From positions 1 to 9,206 of the IMG/VR virus record IMGVR_UViG_2534681940_000023: a stretch of DNA of 9,206 nt; one strand, given 5' to 3'. The notes beneath the pieces were generated by a model. That model saw only the letters and a list, made by a program, of their open reading frames with translations. It had not been told where the DNA came from and made no database searches. The DNA comes from a virus (Duplodnaviria > Heunggongvirae > Uroviricota > Caudoviricetes). The translations under genes were made by a program, and so were the position numbers. Positions 1 through 7,533 of the stretch are shown piece after piece. Each line of letters starts with the position of its first letter. Within the stretch, counting starts at the first letter, position 1.

Positions 1-108
1 AGGACACGCCCCTGCATAAACAGGGGCATCAGCTCTGAACCTGGCCTGAACAATACGATCCCCATACGCGGGGCAATTTCAGGGGTCAGTAGTGCTCTCA
101 CGGTCACC

Positions 109-918
109 TCAATGAACGGTATCGAGCAGCTTTAACAGCTCAGGGAATCGGGATTCGAAGAAATGCGGCTGCGTCTCGCGCGGATTTGCGGGACTGGTGA
201 TGTTCTTGCCGAACATGCAGCCTTTCGCTGTCAGCGACCAGAATTTTTTGATGTTGTTAATCGCGGTACGGCTGTATCGTTCGCGCTGCTCGACGATCCC
301 CAGCTTCACCATCTGGTGATATGCCTGATTAGCTGTCAGGCGGATACCATACTGCTTCAGCAGTGCACTCAGTGACAGCGTGGGACGGCTTGAGCCATCA
401 GGCGCGTCAGCAGGAGCATCAATGGCATAGCGCGGTGCCAGATTCGGTAAGCCAACAGCCTCCTGGAGTTTCTGACAGGCACCAAGCACTGAAGAGTTAG
501 ACAGGTTTAACTCCCGGCGCATAAAGTCCAGCAGAATCACGCCAGCCTGCATCTTGTCAGCAGCCTGCCCGGATAATTTTTCCGGTGCGCTGGTTACCAT
601 ATCGAAAGTACGGATCACCTTCAGATGGAATGACGGGCTGATCCACATTGCATAGGCATACACCAGTTCCTTGCAGACATACGTTCCCCGTTCATTTCCC
701 CCATGAATCACACTCACCGGGTCAACACCCAAATTCTGGGTGTTGGTCAATTCATGAACAAGCTCAGCAGTCTGTTGGCTGGAAAGAAACTTTCCTGGCT
801 CCTTGGTTCTGGCATTTGCACCAGATGCTACTGCTGCGCGATGCAGATCGTTCAGGCTGTAACGCCCATAAGCATCACGACGAACTTCAATACCATCAAT
901 GACCATCAGATTATTCAT
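109..918 (-). CDS. KilA-N domain protein (Bro/antirepressor-like), 269 aa; start moved to internal ATG at 918
   Basis: N-terminal region (GTYVCKELVYAYAMWISPSFHLKVIRTF) matches the KilA-N DNA-binding domain pattern. GAGGAG Shine-Dalgarno sits 7 nt upstream of the ATG at 918; the track ORF start at 1020 would overlap rusA and has no RBS. Confidence 0.8.
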   Translation of the reverse strand: MNNLMVIDGIEVRRDAYGRYSLNDLHRAAVASGANARTKEPGKFLSSQQTAELVHELTNTQNLGVDPVSVIHGGNERGTYVCKELVYAYAMWISPSFHLKVIRTFDMVTSAPEKLSGQAADKMQAGVILLDFMRRELNLSNSSVLGACQKLQEAVGLPNLAPRYAIDAPADAPDGSSRPTLSLSALLKQYGIRLTANQAYHQMVKLGIVEQRERYSRTAINNIKKFWSLTAKGCMFGKNITSPANPRETQPHFFESRFPELLKLLDTVH

Positions 919-937
919 ACTTCGTTTCTCCTCTTGA

Positions 938-1327
938 TCAGGCGGCTGCACCCGCCGTTTTCTCGTACTTACTGATAGTGATCTCGACCTTCCCTCCCGG
1001 GATAACCGGTCCCCACTCAACCAGCATTCTTTTCACCTGACTGTCGTCTTCCCACACACCCGCATGGGTCAGGGCGTCAAACAGCGCCTTGTTATAGTTG
1101 TCCAGATCGCGGATCCGGTTATCCGGCGGAAACAACACGATCTCCACTGAAGCAGGTGCCGACGTTGGTTTCGGCAGACGACGTAACTGCTCAACTATTG
1201 CTGCACACGCCGCGCTCTGGAATTTGCGCCCCGCCGCGCTTATCAGGCTCTTACCTGCAAACGCCCCTTTGTTGGGGTGTCGCCAGTACGTGTTCACGCT
1301 GGGCGGAAAAGGCAGGATCAGCTTCAT
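938..1327 (-). CDS. rusA: RusA Holliday-junction resolvase (crossover junction endodeoxyribonuclease)
   Basis: 129 aa; the RIRDLDNYNKALFDALT acidic motif and overall pattern fit the RusA family. Start ATG overlaps the upstream gene's stop as ATGA. Confidence 0.85.
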   Translation of the reverse strand: MKLILPFPPSVNTYWRHPNKGAFAGKSLISAAGRKFQSAACAAIVEQLRRLPKPTSAPASVEIVLFPPDNRIRDLDNYNKALFDALTHAGVWEDDSQVKRMLVEWGPVIPGGKVEITISKYEKTAGAAA

Positions 1328-1650
1328 ACTTTCAGGCCCCTCTCATGTAACCAGTGGGTTGCACGCAGCCTTGCGTTTTCCTCACCGGCAAGCAGTGCGC
1401 GGATAATCCCGACCGCCTCGCTGTCGTCGTCCTTCACCGCGGTATGAAGCGTTATCCCCCGGGCCACGCCACGCTTTATCGTGATGACGCCTTTTTTCTC
1501 CAGTGCGCGAAGATGCTCCACCGCTGCATTCACCGAACGGTATCCCAGCATGGTTGCCACCTCCTGATTGGTTGGCGGGAAGCCACGTTCTTTCTGATAA
1601 GAAATCAGCATATCCAACACCTGCTGCTGGCATTGAGTTAACGTCGTCAT
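1324..1650 (-). CDS. LexA-like N-terminal winged-helix DNA-binding protein (no peptidase domain)
   Basis: 108 aa; QQQVLDMLISYQKERGFPPTNQEVATMLGYRSVNAAVEHLRALEKKGVI resembles the LexA DNA-binding domain. ATGA overlap with the Dam gene stop. Confidence 0.6.
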   Translation of the reverse strand: MTTLTQCQQQVLDMLISYQKERGFPPTNQEVATMLGYRSVNAAVEHLRALEKKGVITIKRGVARGITLHTAVKDDDSEAVGIIRALLAGEENARLRATHWLHERGLKV

Positions 1651-2300
1651 GCCGCCATCTCCCTTACCAGTTTTTCTGCCTGCTGGCGAACCTGCGCCAG
1701 AAAGGCCTCACCACATGCCTCAAGTTCATCGCGCCCGATGTAGCTGATTGCCGGTCCCTTCCAGGTCTTGTCGAAAACAGCAATAGCACCAGCGAAGAAA
1801 GCGCCTGTCGGCACCTGCTTCTCATCCTTCGGGATAAACCAGGCAGGCAGTTCAAAACCAATACGCCCGCGAATAAAAGCAATATGATCTGCATCTTCCG
1901 GCCACCACACTTCGCTGGTGGCAGCTTTGATCAGGAAAACATAGCGCCCGCCTTTATCACGCATGGCACTGGCATGCTTCATGATGTAACGCATGCCGGT
2001 GATGTATTGCCCCTCATGCTGACTGGCGCGGCTGTATGGGGGATTACCAAAGGCAGCACCTTTAAGCTCCGCAAGACGTTCTGACCAGTCATGCGCCAGC
2101 GCGTTGTCTTCCGCCGTGTAATACGCGGCACATTTGGCGTTATCACCGTCAGTGAACAGATCCAGAACAAACGGACCAAACAAGGTGTTAATTCCCCAGA
2201 AAATGTTGTCCGGCGTGCGCCACTGATCGCCCACTTCCTTCAGTTCATGGGCTGGTTTGTTCCGCAGTTCTACCAGCGCCTGGCAATATTTATTACTCAT
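1647..2300 (-). CDS. Phage-type DNA N6-adenine methyltransferase (Dam family)
   Basis: 217 aa; NPPY catalytic motif (GNPPYS) and the FVLDLFTDGDNAKCAAYYTAEDNALAHDW region are typical of phage Dam methyltransferases. Confidence 0.8.
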   Translation of the reverse strand: MSNKYCQALVELRNKPAHELKEVGDQWRTPDNIFWGINTLFGPFVLDLFTDGDNAKCAAYYTAEDNALAHDWSERLAELKGAAFGNPPYSRASQHEGQYITGMRYIMKHASAMRDKGGRYVFLIKAATSEVWWPEDADHIAFIRGRIGFELPAWFIPKDEKQVPTGAFFAGAIAVFDKTWKGPAISYIGRDELEACGEAFLAQVRQQAEKLVREMAA

Positions 2301-2392
2301 TAAGCCCCCACGTAAAAAGCATCCGCAATGTCTCCGGAAGTACAGCCCGGATGGGCTTCAATGAATTTCTGAACGTCATTTAACAGACTCAT
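2300..2392 (-). CDS. Hypothetical small protein (30 aa, MSLLNDVQKFIEAHPGCTSGDIADAFYVGA)
   Basis: Not in the ORF track (too short). ATG at 2392 is preceded by a GGGGGTG SD-like sequence; its TAA stop overlaps the Dam ATG by 1 nt (TAATG). It exactly fills the gap between the O-like and Dam genes. Confidence 0.3.
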   Translation of the reverse strand: MSLLNDVQKFIEAHPGCTSGDIADAFYVGA

Positions 2393-2394
2393 GA

Positions 2395-3375
2395 TCACCC
2401 CCTGAATCCTGCCGGGATCTGGCTGTAGTCCACGTTGTCGTAACTGGCTTTGAAGTACGGGTCTTCACGTTTTTCTATGTGCGTGCTGACGGACGGCGAT
2501 AAGCGCAGGGAAAGCTCATCCCATTTTTCCCGCAACTTCGACGGGCTGAGCACGTTACGGCACCAGAACGGATCGCGGCTGACGCGGCTGTACATCTCGC
2601 AGATTTGTTTGTGAGTACGACCATCCTGCACACACATCAGGCGAATTTCGTTTGCCCATGCTGTCCAGTTCGGTTCTTTGGGACGAACCACCTCGCCGTC
2701 ACATTCGGCGGCCTGCTCGTACAGGGCGATGATTTTTTTCCAGAGCCACTGTGCGCAGGTCAAATCATCCTGCGTTCCCCACTGGCGCTTTTTAGGGCTG
2801 AATACAACCGCATCAGGATGGCGAGTTAAAAACTCCTGTTCAGCCGTTTGCGTGTCCGGTTGCGAAGCGTCCGGACGAGAAGAGGTTTTATTCTCTGTAG
2901 TAATCTCTGTTGTATTCTCTGTAAGATCGAAATTGGTTTTCCCTTCTCCGCGGCGAGGGGTTTCCCGTGTCCGCTGTGAAGGCTTTCCCTCCTCCGCGAA
3001 ATTGGGTTTTACAGTTTCCCGAAAACGGGTTTCCCCATTTCGGGAAAACTGATTGTTTTCATTGATAAGTTCATTAAGGCGCTCACAATCTATACGGTAG
3101 AACATTTTGTGCTCAAGACGCTTGTTGGTTTCAACCAAAATGCCTCTGGACACAAGATGCTTACGCGCTACAGCCTGTTGTTCAAATGTAAGTCCGGTTT
3201 CGTGTTGTATCTCTTCACGCGTTTTATGTACGCCTTCCGCTGCATGTGCTTTATCCTGCCAGTAAAAAATCTGACCAAAGAAAATAACAGCGTGCGGACT
3301 TCCCATGTATTTAACGAGCCCAGGGTAATAAGCAACCGGATGCCCAAAATCGAGCAGAAGATCAGACGGACGCAT
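2395..3375 (-). CDS. Replication initiation protein, O-like N-terminal region with DnaT-like C-terminal domain
   Basis: Central linker is encoded by iteron DNA, as in lambda O. The C-terminus ...YSQIPAGFRG resembles the C-terminal end of E. coli DnaT as I recall it. Likely start is ATG 3375 (GGGAGG SD 5 nt upstream); the track start at 3381 is GTG. Confidence 0.75.
   Translation of the reverse strand: MRPSDLLLDFGHPVAYYPGLVKYMGSPHAVIFFGQIFYWQDKAHAAEGVHKTREEIQHETGLTFEQQAVARKHLVSRGILVETNKRLEHKMFYRIDCERLNELINENNQFSRNGETRFRETVKPNFAEEGKPSQRTRETPRRGEGKTNFDLTENTTEITTENKTSSRPDASQPDTQTAEQEFLTRHPDAVVFSPKKRQWGTQDDLTCAQWLWKKIIALYEQAAECDGEVVRPKEPNWTAWANEIRLMCVQDGRTHKQICEMYSRVSRDPFWCRNVLSPSKLREKWDELSLRLSPSVSTHIEKREDPYFKASYDNVDYSQIPAGFRG
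2890..3050. repeat. Putative replication origin iterons inside the initiator gene
   Basis: Three 12-bp-period repeats with CTCTGT core (2893, 2905, 2917), then five ~23-bp-period repeats GG(G/C)TTTCCC..CCGCG starting 2935, 2957, 2981, 3004, 3027, including the palindrome CCCGAAAACGGG at 3018..3029. Confidence 0.6.
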
Positions 3376-3595
3376 AGCCACCTCCCAGACGCTTAAACAT
3401 TTTCCCGGACTGAAAAGCCACCAGCGGATAACTCAGGGTATGAGTACGCCCCTGAACCTGACAGACAACCTTCTGGCTTTCTGTGTTGACCAGACAAACC
3501 CGCAGAACGTGACCGTTGCTGGTGGTGAACCACTGCCCCACACGGGGGCAGTGGTTGTATCGGTGATACAGAGAATTCACAACACGACGAATCAT
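3362..3595 (-). CDS. Hypothetical protein (77 aa)
   Basis: ATG start overlaps the upstream stop as ATGA; its 3' end overlaps the O-like start. No recognisable family. Confidence 0.5.
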   Translation of the reverse strand: MIRRVVNSLYHRYNHCPRVGQWFTTSNGHVLRVCLVNTESQKVVCQVQGRTHTLSYPLVAFQSGKMFKRLGGGYASV

Positions 3596-3786
3596 GGACG
3601 CACCTCCGCCGTTGTGATGTATTTAACCGGGCTGCCTTTCATTGCGATGATTTCACACATCTCCGCTGCTTTACGTTCCGCTGTTTTCCTGGATTTATAG
3701 CGGCGGTGCCAAACAGACGTATCCGTGCGAACTGATACATCGTTTCTGTATTCCGTAGTGGAGATGATGATTTCGTAACTAATCAT
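3592..3786 (-). CDS. Hypothetical protein (64 aa)
   Basis: ATG start overlaps the Rha stop as ATGA (translational coupling). No recognisable family. Confidence 0.5.
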   Translation of the reverse strand: MISYEIIISTTEYRNDVSVRTDTSVWHRRYKSRKTAERKAAEMCEIIAMKGSPVKYITTAEVRP

Positions 3787-4346
3787 GGGCGTACCTCCTT
3801 GTCAGAACCATTCAGCCTGGAATCAACAAGTGCAGCACCAAAAACAGCATCACCTACACGGTCGTACAGTTTGCCAGCCAGCGGAGATTCAACAGCCTTA
3901 AGCATGGGATAAAGCTGGCTTCTCCAGATTTGATGGATTTCACGCAAATGCAGGTATACGCCTCTGGCGTTTTGTGCGACAGATGACATCTCAGCCGCAC
4001 CAGCTCCTGATAAGCTCCTCTCCATCTGGTTAAAGGCATTGATGTATGCCTCTTTGAACCGGGCGGCACGCTTGCCAGTGAAGCCCATAGCAAGGAATGC
4101 GAAGCCGTCGCGGGTGATTTGATAGCAGGGAAGTTTGCGAGTACCGCCGTTGGGCTGGCGTACCAAAATTGATGTCTCCGCAAAATTGCGGGCACAAAAC
4201 TCTGGAGAACAATCCAAAATGCGGATCTTTTTCAGAACATCGTCATGACGTTTAGAGAAGAAGTCAGCAACAGCCAAAGAAGATGTAACAGCCTGACCAT
4301 CAACGATGGCAATTTCAGGTTGAGAGAGAGTTGGGAAAGTAGTCAT
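3783..4346 (-). CDS. rha: Phage regulatory protein Rha (187 aa); C-terminal part of the 553-aa track ORF
   Basis: [32 protein letters not shown] is the Rha N-terminal domain signature, and it starts about 10 residues after the ATG at 4346, as in typical Rha proteins. AGGGG lies 9 nt upstream. Confidence 0.8.
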   Translation of the reverse strand: MTTFPTLSQPEIAIVDGQAVTSSLAVADFFSKRHDDVLKKIRILDCSPEFCARNFAETSILVRQPNGGTRKLPCYQITRDGFAFLAMGFTGKRAARFKEAYINAFNQMERSLSGAGAAEMSSVAQNARGVYLHLREIHQIWRSQLYPMLKAVESPLAGKLYDRVGDAVFGAALVDSRLNGSDKEVRP

Positions 4347-4638
4347 GGTGACAGCCCCTATGTTGAATTCAAAGAACTCACCACATGGGACGCCAATCAC
4401 AGAGGTGGTGAGACGTACAGGGTTGGCGTAACCGGTCAACATAGAACCCGGCGCATCTTGCGATGCCCCTGCACGCCCCACCATAATTTGGACGTAGCAA
4501 TGCTCATGATACGAAAAGACCGCATGAGCGCGGTTATGCTCTATATTGAATTCCAGGACGCCAATCCCGACACCCGCTTTATAAGGTGCCTGAACAGTGT
4601 AACGTCCCGAAATTGAGGAATCAATGTTTTGATAAAAT

Positions 4639-5031
4639 TCAGCGATTAGACGCTTCTTTTCTACCCATATTAACTTTGAACAAGAGCTCCATACGACGAG
4701 TCCAGACACCACGTTCTTTGAGTTGTGCTCTGGCTTCTTCGCGCTCAGATACGGAAGTTCTGACAATACGATTTCCAGCCAGATTGCGGCGATATTCTCC
4801 AAACGCGACTGACTGAAGGTATGCAGCGGAGCTTTTGTACTGATAGATGGCTCTTCGAAGGCTGTTTTTATATTCCTTAGGTATATGTCCGAGATCGGCA
4901 AAAAGCTCATGAACGATATCGTGAACAAGCGGAACAACTTTGTATGGAATAACAAAGAAGCTTTCTGGATAGCGTTCAGCCAATACTTTAATGATTTCTT
5001 TATTTGCAAGATGCCTTGCTTTTCTTCCCAT
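4639..5031 (-). CDS. ProQ/FinO-domain RNA-binding protein (130 aa)
   Basis: [17 protein letters not shown]...[18 protein letters not shown]...GNRIV...EEARAQLKE parallels the ProQ N-terminal FinO-like domain (KEVIAFLAERFP...LRSALRLYTSSWRYLYGV...EHARKQLEE, from memory). GGAG SD about 10 nt upstream of the ATG. Confidence 0.75.
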   Translation of the reverse strand: MGRKARHLANKEIIKVLAERYPESFFVIPYKVVPLVHDIVHELFADLGHIPKEYKNSLRRAIYQYKSSAAYLQSVAFGEYRRNLAGNRIVRTSVSEREEARAQLKERGVWTRRMELLFKVNMGRKEASNR

Positions 5032-5091
5032 ATACCATTCTCCATTACTCCAGATATCAGAATGATATATCCAGGTTCAAGCAGTTCAAGC

Positions 5092-5444
5092 TTATGCTGG
5101 TGCTTCGCACTCAACAAAATCACGACGAAACAACCACAGCGGGCTGAAGCATTCATGCGGATAACCATCACGCAGGTAAATAACCCGCTGTGTTTCCGGT
5201 TCCCAACGAATGACTCTGACGGGCACTCCGTAGTGATCTTTGAACCAGCGGTTAACTTGTTGCAAAGGACTGTCTCCTTCTGCCGGTTGAAATCACCCAC
5301 AGCCCACTCTGCAAATCTGTGGGTTACAATTTCCCTGTCACCTGGTACATTCACTGCATAGCAATACTCCACCTTCGCTTTTCCACCCGGTACAGGAAGC
5401 GCAATCAGTTGCGAGCGACGGTAGTGTGTTGTTAAACTGTTCAT
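5092..5444 (-). pseudogene. Frameshifted gene of unknown function: N-terminal 50-60 aa in one frame, C-terminal 57 aa in the -1 frame
   Basis: ATG 5444 is ATGA-coupled to the upstream gene and encodes a protein-like [52 protein letters not shown], after which that frame turns low-complexity. The -1 frame from about 5292 to the TAA at 5092..5094 encodes [56 protein letters not shown]. Confidence 0.45.
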
Positions 5445-6082
5445 GCGTTAGTTTCTCCACAACCAGAAGCAATCGACGCCACGACGCCCGGAGCTGCACA
5501 CTCGCGGGCGTTACTCTTTTCCGGCGCACAAAAAACACGAAATAACAGTGTTAAATGCTCCTTCCACTTCGCCATTACTTGGTAGCTGTTCTCTTCGATT
5601 TGCTCACGCTCAGCCTGGTCAATAACTCCATCAGCAGTTGCCTTGCGTAAGTACTGGGAATGCTTGCCAATCCATTCTATTGACTCCATCAGCCGCTGAT
5701 TAATGTCACCATTGTCAATGTCATCAATGACCACCAGCGGCACAAACACCCCATTACTACGACGGGCTATTGCATCCGTTACATGCCTGGTACCACTGGC
5801 ATCCTGTAAAACCATGGCCCACTCAAGTGGAAAAATTTGATCCCCACCGCTACGCAGTCTGTTATGCAATTGATCTTTTGCTGGGGTGATATCATCAGAT
5901 TTATACAAACCAAGAATTTCTGCTGCTTCCTCATAGCCATGAGGTAAATCAGCAATCGTTCTTCGTATTGCTGCCACCAGCCATGCTGGTTGCTTATCAA
6001 CTTTCCATTCAGGTTCTTTACCCACGTTTAAGCCCTCATATCTGTGGTTTCTGTAAATCGATTTATCCATTAGATTTTTCAT
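5441..6082 (-). CDS. Phage regulatory protein in the CII/YdaT position (213 aa); function assignment tentative
   Basis: Sits immediately downstream of cro-like and upstream of the replication genes; the AAEILGL segment looks helix-turn-helix-like. Start taken at ATG 6082 (alternatives 6070 or the track's 6139, which would overlap cro by 77 nt). Confidence 0.5.
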   Translation of the reverse strand: MKNLMDKSIYRNHRYEGLNVGKEPEWKVDKQPAWLVAAIRRTIADLPHGYEEAAEILGLYKSDDITPAKDQLHNRLRSGGDQIFPLEWAMVLQDASGTRHVTDAIARRSNGVFVPLVVIDDIDNGDINQRLMESIEWIGKHSQYLRKATADGVIDQAEREQIEENSYQVMAKWKEHLTLLFRVFCAPEKSNARECAAPGVVASIASGCGETNA

Positions 6083-6263
6083 AAAGCTCAGGTTTAAATG
6101 GCAACCGTCCGCAAGTTCTATATGCAGCCTCTGCTGCACGTCCTTTTGGAATTAACTGGCCAGGACGGTTTCGCCACTGATAAACGGCTTCAGTTGTTAT
6201 GCCGAAAAAAGCAGCAACTTTCTCAATGCTGCCGAAGTAGCTTTCGATATCGTCAGTCGTCAT
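6063..6263 (-). CDS. cro: Cro-like HTH transcriptional regulator (66 aa)
   Basis: Small HTH protein (SIEKVAAFFGITTEAVYQWRNR) divergent from the cI-like gene; GGAGGG SD upstream of ATG 6263. Confidence 0.75.
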   Translation of the reverse strand: MTTDDIESYFGSIEKVAAFFGITTEAVYQWRNRPGQLIPKGRAAEAAYRTCGRLPFKPELYEKSNG

Positions 6264-6360
6264 ATGCCCTCCAAACTAAGTTTTATTAGATGTTAATTAT
6301 CAATCTATCTTAGGTCAATAAAAACTAAGATTACTTAGTAATTAAAGAAATGGTGCTCCT
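6264..6360. promoter_or_regulatory. Divergent promoter/operator region (OR-like) between cro and cI
   Basis: AT-rich 97-bp intergenic region with two 16-bp operator-like sites, ACTAAGttttATTAGA (6275..6290) and the palindrome ACTAAGattaCTTAGT (6324..6339). Minus-strand TTGACC-17-TAACAT is a candidate PR. Confidence 0.6.
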
Positions 6361-6987
6361 ATGGAAACGGTTGGTCAGCGTATAAAAGCTCTGAGAAGAG
6401 TTACCAGAACGTCCCAGAAAGAATTGGGTAAATTTTGTGGAGTAAGTGACGTTGCTGTGGGGTACTGGGAGAAAGACATCAATGTCCCTGGTGGGGAAGC
6501 ACTTTCAAAATTAGCGAAGTTCTTCAATACGTCAATAGATTACATTCTTTATGGTGCGGAGTTTGAAGGCAAACTCGTCACAAACATGCGCAGAGTTCCT
6601 GTAATCTCGTGGGTTCAGGCTGGGCAGTTTACTGAGTGCAGGACAGCAGAAGTGTTTAGTGAAGTAGACAAGTGGGTAGATACATCATTAAAGATTGGTG
6701 ATAACTCATTTGCATTGGAGGTTAAAGGCGACTCCATGACTAACCCTAACGGCCTCCCAACAATACCAGAAGGCGCAACAGTGATTGTAGATCCTGATGC
6801 AGAACCCCGGCATGGAAAAATAGTCATCGCTAGACTTGATGGAACAAACGAAGCCACAGTAAAAAAATTAGTTATCGATGGCCCTCAAAAGTTTTTAGTG
6901 CCATTAAATCCCCGGTACCCCAACATTCCGATCAATGGTAATTGCCTCATCATTGGTGTAGTCAAAGGAGTTCAATACGAACTCTAG
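6361..6987 (+). CDS. cI-like prophage repressor, HTH N-terminal domain with S24 (LexA-like) autopeptidase C-terminal domain
   Basis: 208 aa; N-terminal HTH; Ala87-Gly88 candidate cleavage site (VQAG); Ser125 in GDSM and Lys168/169 (VKKL) match the S24 catalytic dyad. Confidence 0.9.
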   Translation: METVGQRIKALRRVTRTSQKELGKFCGVSDVAVGYWEKDINVPGGEALSKLAKFFNTSIDYILYGAEFEGKLVTNMRRVPVISWVQAGQFTECRTAEVFSEVDKWVDTSLKIGDNSFALEVKGDSMTNPNGLPTIPEGATVIVDPDAEPRHGKIVIARLDGTNEATVKKLVIDGPQKFLVPLNPRYPNIPINGNCLIIGVVKGVQYEL

Positions 6988-7004
6988 CCCCCCTTTTCTC
7001 TAAC

Positions 7005-7075
7005 CAAAACACCGAACTAAGAAAAGTTTGGTGTTTTCTCTTGCCATCAAAACTAAGTTAAGTTAGATTTTATAT
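7005..7075 (+). promoter_or_regulatory. OL/PL-like operator-promoter region downstream of cI
   Basis: Two more ACTAAG-N4-NTTNGN sites (7016..7031, 7052..7067). Candidate promoter TTGCCA (7041..7046), 17-nt spacer, TAGATT (7064..7069), overlapped by the second site. 8-bp inverted repeat AAAACACC/GGTGTTTT (7005..7012, 7029..7036). Confidence 0.5.
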
Positions 7076-7164
7076 CAAAGATAACGAACAGGCAGGACGC
7101 CCACGAAGTAGCCGACGGTGGCGTATGAATGACCGGATGATTCGCGCATGGCAGGAGAGTGAAT

Positions 7165-7533
7165 ATGGATGGCAGTATCGACAACCAACGAGATGCCTGG
7201 CTTGTGGTGATTGAAGCAGCAAAAACTGCATTAAGCCAAGTTGAAAGCAGTAACTACAGAACAGTTAAACAAATGGCTTTGGGCTCTATTATCTATGCCT
7301 TTGAAAGGCTGGACTTTGATTTTGAAGCAACGAGTATTCTGTCAGAACAACATGAAAAAATGAATAGAGAAGACGCCGCAGCCTATATCGGCGTAGAAGC
7401 GCAAACCTTAGCTAATTGGGCTAGCACAGGAAAAGTTCGAATACCTTTTTTAAAAATCGGTAGAAAGGTTATTTACCTAAAAAGTGATCTTGATGCCTAT
7501 CTTGCCTCATCGAAGGCAAATACCACCAAGTAG
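7165..7533 (+). CDS. HTH (AlpA/excisionase-like HTH_17-type) DNA-binding protein, 122 aa; first gene of the leftward-type early operon
   Basis: C-terminal REDAAAYIGVEAQTLANWASTGKVRIPFLKIGRKVIYLKSDLDAYL resembles an AlpA/Xis-type HTH. AGGAGA SD 6 nt upstream of ATG 7165 (the track start at 7159 is GTG). Confidence 0.6.
   Translation: MDGSIDNQRDAWLVVIEAAKTALSQVESSNYRTVKQMALGSIIYAFERLDFDFEATSILSEQHEKMNREDAAAYIGVEAQTLANWASTGKVRIPFLKIGRKVIYLKSDLDAYLASSKANTTK

Noticed and set aside
8-27. 7-bp hairpin GCCCCTG/CAGGGGC downstream of the KilA-N gene as a terminator
   Set aside because: No U-tract follows on either strand and it sits at the window edge; not enough to call.
109-1020. 303-aa version of the KilA-N ORF starting at 1020
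   Set aside because: The extension overlaps the 3' end of rusA and is Arg/Ser-rich; the internal ATG at 918 has a GAGGAG SD and begins right at the KilA-N domain.
4885-5361. Plus-strand 158-aa ORF, plus other antisense ORFs (163..375, 648..902, 703..975, 1098..1406, 1503..2084, 2678..3052, 4245..4616, 6615..6857, 7834..8202, 8512..8760)
   Set aside because: All lie antisense to well-supported genes, lack RBS and have non-protein-like composition; they are shadow ORFs.
3783-5444. 553-aa ORF as a single large protein
   Set aside because: Only the C-terminal 187 aa (Rha) and the N-terminal ~55 aa look protein-like. The middle is low-complexity and overlaps, in another frame, a well-supported ProQ/FinO-domain gene with its own RBS. 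The long frame is open by chance across three or four separate units.
5441-6139. 232-aa version of the CII-position gene starting at 6139
   Set aside because: It would overlap cro by 77 nt; ATG 6082 or 6070 gives a normal short overlap. No strong SD for any of the three, so the start remains uncertain.
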